Shown: positions 61,392 through 64,000 of the stretch, one piece after another
How positions within the stretch are numbered: the stretch's first letter is position 1
Layout of the letters: the number at the start of each line of letters is the position of its first letter
Origin: Mobula hypostoma
Taxonomy: Eukaryota
Assembly (NCBI RefSeq): GCF_963921235.1
Contig: NC_086124.1
Span: 16,306,001-16,370,000 of the forward strand
DNA length: 64,000 nucleotides
Reading direction: 5' to 3'
Notes under the pieces: model-generated
Seen by the model: only the letters and a program-made list of their open reading frames with translations
Databases searched by the model: none
What the model was told of the DNA's origin: nothing
Translations under genes and position numbers: made by a program

Positions 61392-61522
61392 NNNNNNNNN
61401 NNNNNNNNNNNNNNNNNNNNNNNNNNNNNNNNNNNNNNNNNNNNNNNNNNNNNNNNNNNNNNNNNNNNNNNNNNNNNNNNNNNNNNNNNNNNNNNNNNNN
61501 NNNNNNNNNNNNNNNNNNNNNN
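61392..61522. other. 131-nt N run
   Basis: Same length and same flanks as 28053-28183. Confidence 0.95.
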
Positions 61523-61778
61523 TGGATCGCTTGTTGTAATGGGCTAAGCGGGAAGCCTCGCCAGCGATGCGCTCGAAAATGTCGTTCACGAAAGAATTCA
61601 TGATGCTCATGGCCTTGGAGGAGATGCCGGTGTCGGGGTGAACCTGCTTCATCACTTTGTAGATATAGATGGAGTAACTCTCCTTCCTCAGTCTCCTGCG
61701 CTTCTTGCCAGCCTTACCTGATGGTTTCGGCAGCGCTTTCTTAGCGCCCTTCTTGGGAGCAGGCTTCTGATCGGGCAT
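61407..61778 (-). CDS. H2B: Histone H2B (3' part hidden by N; end inferred)
   Basis: [14 protein letters not shown]...AHYNKRS intact up to the N run. Confidence 0.87.
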
Positions 61779-63890
61779 TCCTCCTCTCCAATTCAGACTC
61801 AAATAAGCAGTATTTACGTCGGAGCGCCTGTTAAATAGGAAACGCAGACGACTGTATGCTAATCAAGGAATAGATTTTCAAAGAATGTTCATTCGCTACA
61901 TTGGGAGACGAATCACCATCGAAATTATTACTACAACTCCTATATTTGGCTATCAGAGGTTACAAAAGCAGTCGCACGCTCCACCAATCAGAAGCCTTTC
62001 CCTGTCTGCGGACCGGGAAGCTTGCCACCAGTGACAGTTCTACGTGGCGCTTATTACGACAGCAGGGATAGGAGGGTAGAGAGAAAAGTTGTGGCTGACA
62101 TTAAACATAGGAAAACGTAAAATGGAATTGCAGGAGAAATAAACTCACATTCGGATAAAAAGTTCAGTTAATTTATTATCAATATAAATATATGTCACCA
62201 TCAAGAAGCACAATTCATTTTCTGGCGGGCAAAATAACCATTCCTGTCTTGATCACTGACTGAGAAGACAGCATGTCCTCCTGGGTAGTGTTATACTAAT
62301 AAAAAATTAGTTTGGCCGTCTCTGGAGTGGAGTCTAGACCTCTTCTGGAGTCGTATAAAACTCTAGTTGGGCCTCCTCTGGCGTGCTGTTCAAAAATCTA
62401 GTTCAGCCTTTTCAAAGCTTAAAGTTCGAAGCACATTTTACTATCAAGGTATGCATAAATTATTCAATCTTGGGGTTTGTCTGCTTACAGGCAACCACAG
62501 TATCCAATATTAAAAAAGATCAACACCCAATCTACAGAGAGATAAACAAAACAAATCAATTTGTGAAAACAATAAAGCAAATATCACCATTCAGAATGAA
62601 ATTGAGTCCATAAACCTTGAAGCCAAAGAGGATTAGAGTATAAAAGTCCAGTTCAGCCTCCTCTGGAAAACTACATCTAGTCTGGTTGTTGCATTATAGG
62701 AAATAATTGAAGACTTTGGAGAGGATTCAGAATAGATTTAGACAATAAGAACAGAAATAGGTCATTCGGTCCATCGATTTTGCTCTGTCATTCCATCATA
62801 TCGGAGTTAATATCCCTGTCAATCACGTTTTTCAGCATTCTCTCTGTGACCTTTTGTCTCCCTGACTAATCAAAAACCTATATCGCAAAGCCGGAAAAAC
62901 AAGCTTTTCCCTCAGTGTTTACTCTTCCCTGTCTGGCCTGCTGAGTTCCTCCAGCATTTTGTGTGTGTTGCAAGCATGTGAAGAAGATTGGTTGATAGGC
63001 AATGAGCAGAGTAGGAATAAAGGAGGCCTTTTATGGTTGCCCGATCCTCTTAATAGCTGCTAGGAAAATTATTAACACTTTCCTTAAACAGGAATTTTTC
63101 CAGGTGTCTTCAAATCTGTGGCTGTAAAACCCCTACTTACTAACTACAGGCATAGATCAAAACTTCCCTTCCTGGGCAAGTTTCTTGAGAAAGACATATT
63201 TAAACAGCACAACTTTTTGAATGAGCCCATTACATCAATACCAATCAGTTGGAATACATCCATATTTATCCCTTCTACCAGCACTTGTCCTGTAACCTGG
63301 GTAATTGAAGTGATTGACAAGACATTTCTAAAATACCATTAGGCACTCTGCTTTCACCACTTTCTCTGGTAGAGTGTTCCAGTTACTCACCCTCAATTTA
63401 CACCCCCCCCCCACCATGTCCTGCAGGTCTATCTACTTCTGATATGGGGGAAAGTTCTCTGCAACCTACCCGATCTCAACCCCTGATTATTTACTACACC
63501 TAAATTATCTCCCCTCTTCAGCATGGATCATGGCTGGGTCAGTGAATGTTTGCCATCTACATCAAATATTGTCTGGATGATAATATTTTAACACCGAACA
63601 ACAAATTTGCTGATAGCAGCAAGATTGGGGATGTAGTGGACAATGAGGAAGCTATTGAAGCTTGCAGTGTGATTTGGGAATTATTGCGTGAATGTGGAGT
63701 CGCAGGTAGCGAGCCCACAGAGAGAGTTCTAAGCACATTGGCCTTCATAAATAAAAACATTGGGTACAGAAGTTGGGATGGGGTAATGAAAGGAGATTAT
63801 GAGAGTAAATACATTTTTGCCAGGAAAATATACAATTAATCATGCTCTCCAAATGCTCACAGACGGCAAAATATTGCAGACACTGTGAGT

Positions 63891-63906
63891 GGCTCTAAAA
63901 AGAGCC
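63891..63906 (-). terminator. Histone 3' stem-loop
   Basis: GGCTCTTTTTAGAGCC on the - strand. Confidence 0.88.
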
Positions 63907-63937
63907 TTTGGGTAGCTGGGTTTCATATTCTGCCTCT

Positions 63938-64000
63938 TCACTTACTGGCTCCGCCGTTTTTCTTGGTGCGGCCTCGTTACCGGGTGATCGTCACCTCTCC
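63938..64000 (-). pseudogene. H2A: 3' end of another H2A pseudogene (runs off the window)
   Basis: Matches the 3' end of 60495-60794 (VTIT...KKTAEPVS), with stem-loop. Confidence 0.75.

Overview
Vertebrate genomic DNA, most likely a cartilaginous fish (ray or shark; inferred from the repeat families and H2B sequence). The window is a replication-dependent histone gene region built from diverged tandem segmental duplications. It holds five H2B genes on the - strand: three fully intact and two with their 3' part replaced by exactly 131 N. Each has a TATA/octamer-like/CCAAT promoter and a 3' stem-loop, and each is followed head-to-tail by a decayed H2A pseudogene. A second H2B lineage survives only as three pseudogenes. 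The rest is transposable element sequence: two near-identical ~5.3-kb I-group (Nimb/I-like, RNase H-bearing) LINEs in opposite orientation with 12-bp TSDs, both inserted at H2A gene boundaries; older relatives of them; many CR1 fragments; Rex1, L1 and Tx1 3' ends; tRNA-derived SINEs; and Penelope fragments with minimal hammerhead motifs. The most unusual object is a 4755-bp block (48236-52990) bounded by 66-bp inverted repeats and a 4-bp TSD, with an empty paralogous site in the same window. It encloses the 5' half (LTR, tRNA-Asn PBS, coiled-coil/gag, protease, RT, tether) of a spuma/lokiretrovirus-like endogenous retrovirus. Boundaries of old repeats are approximate, and family names come from motif recognition, not database searches.
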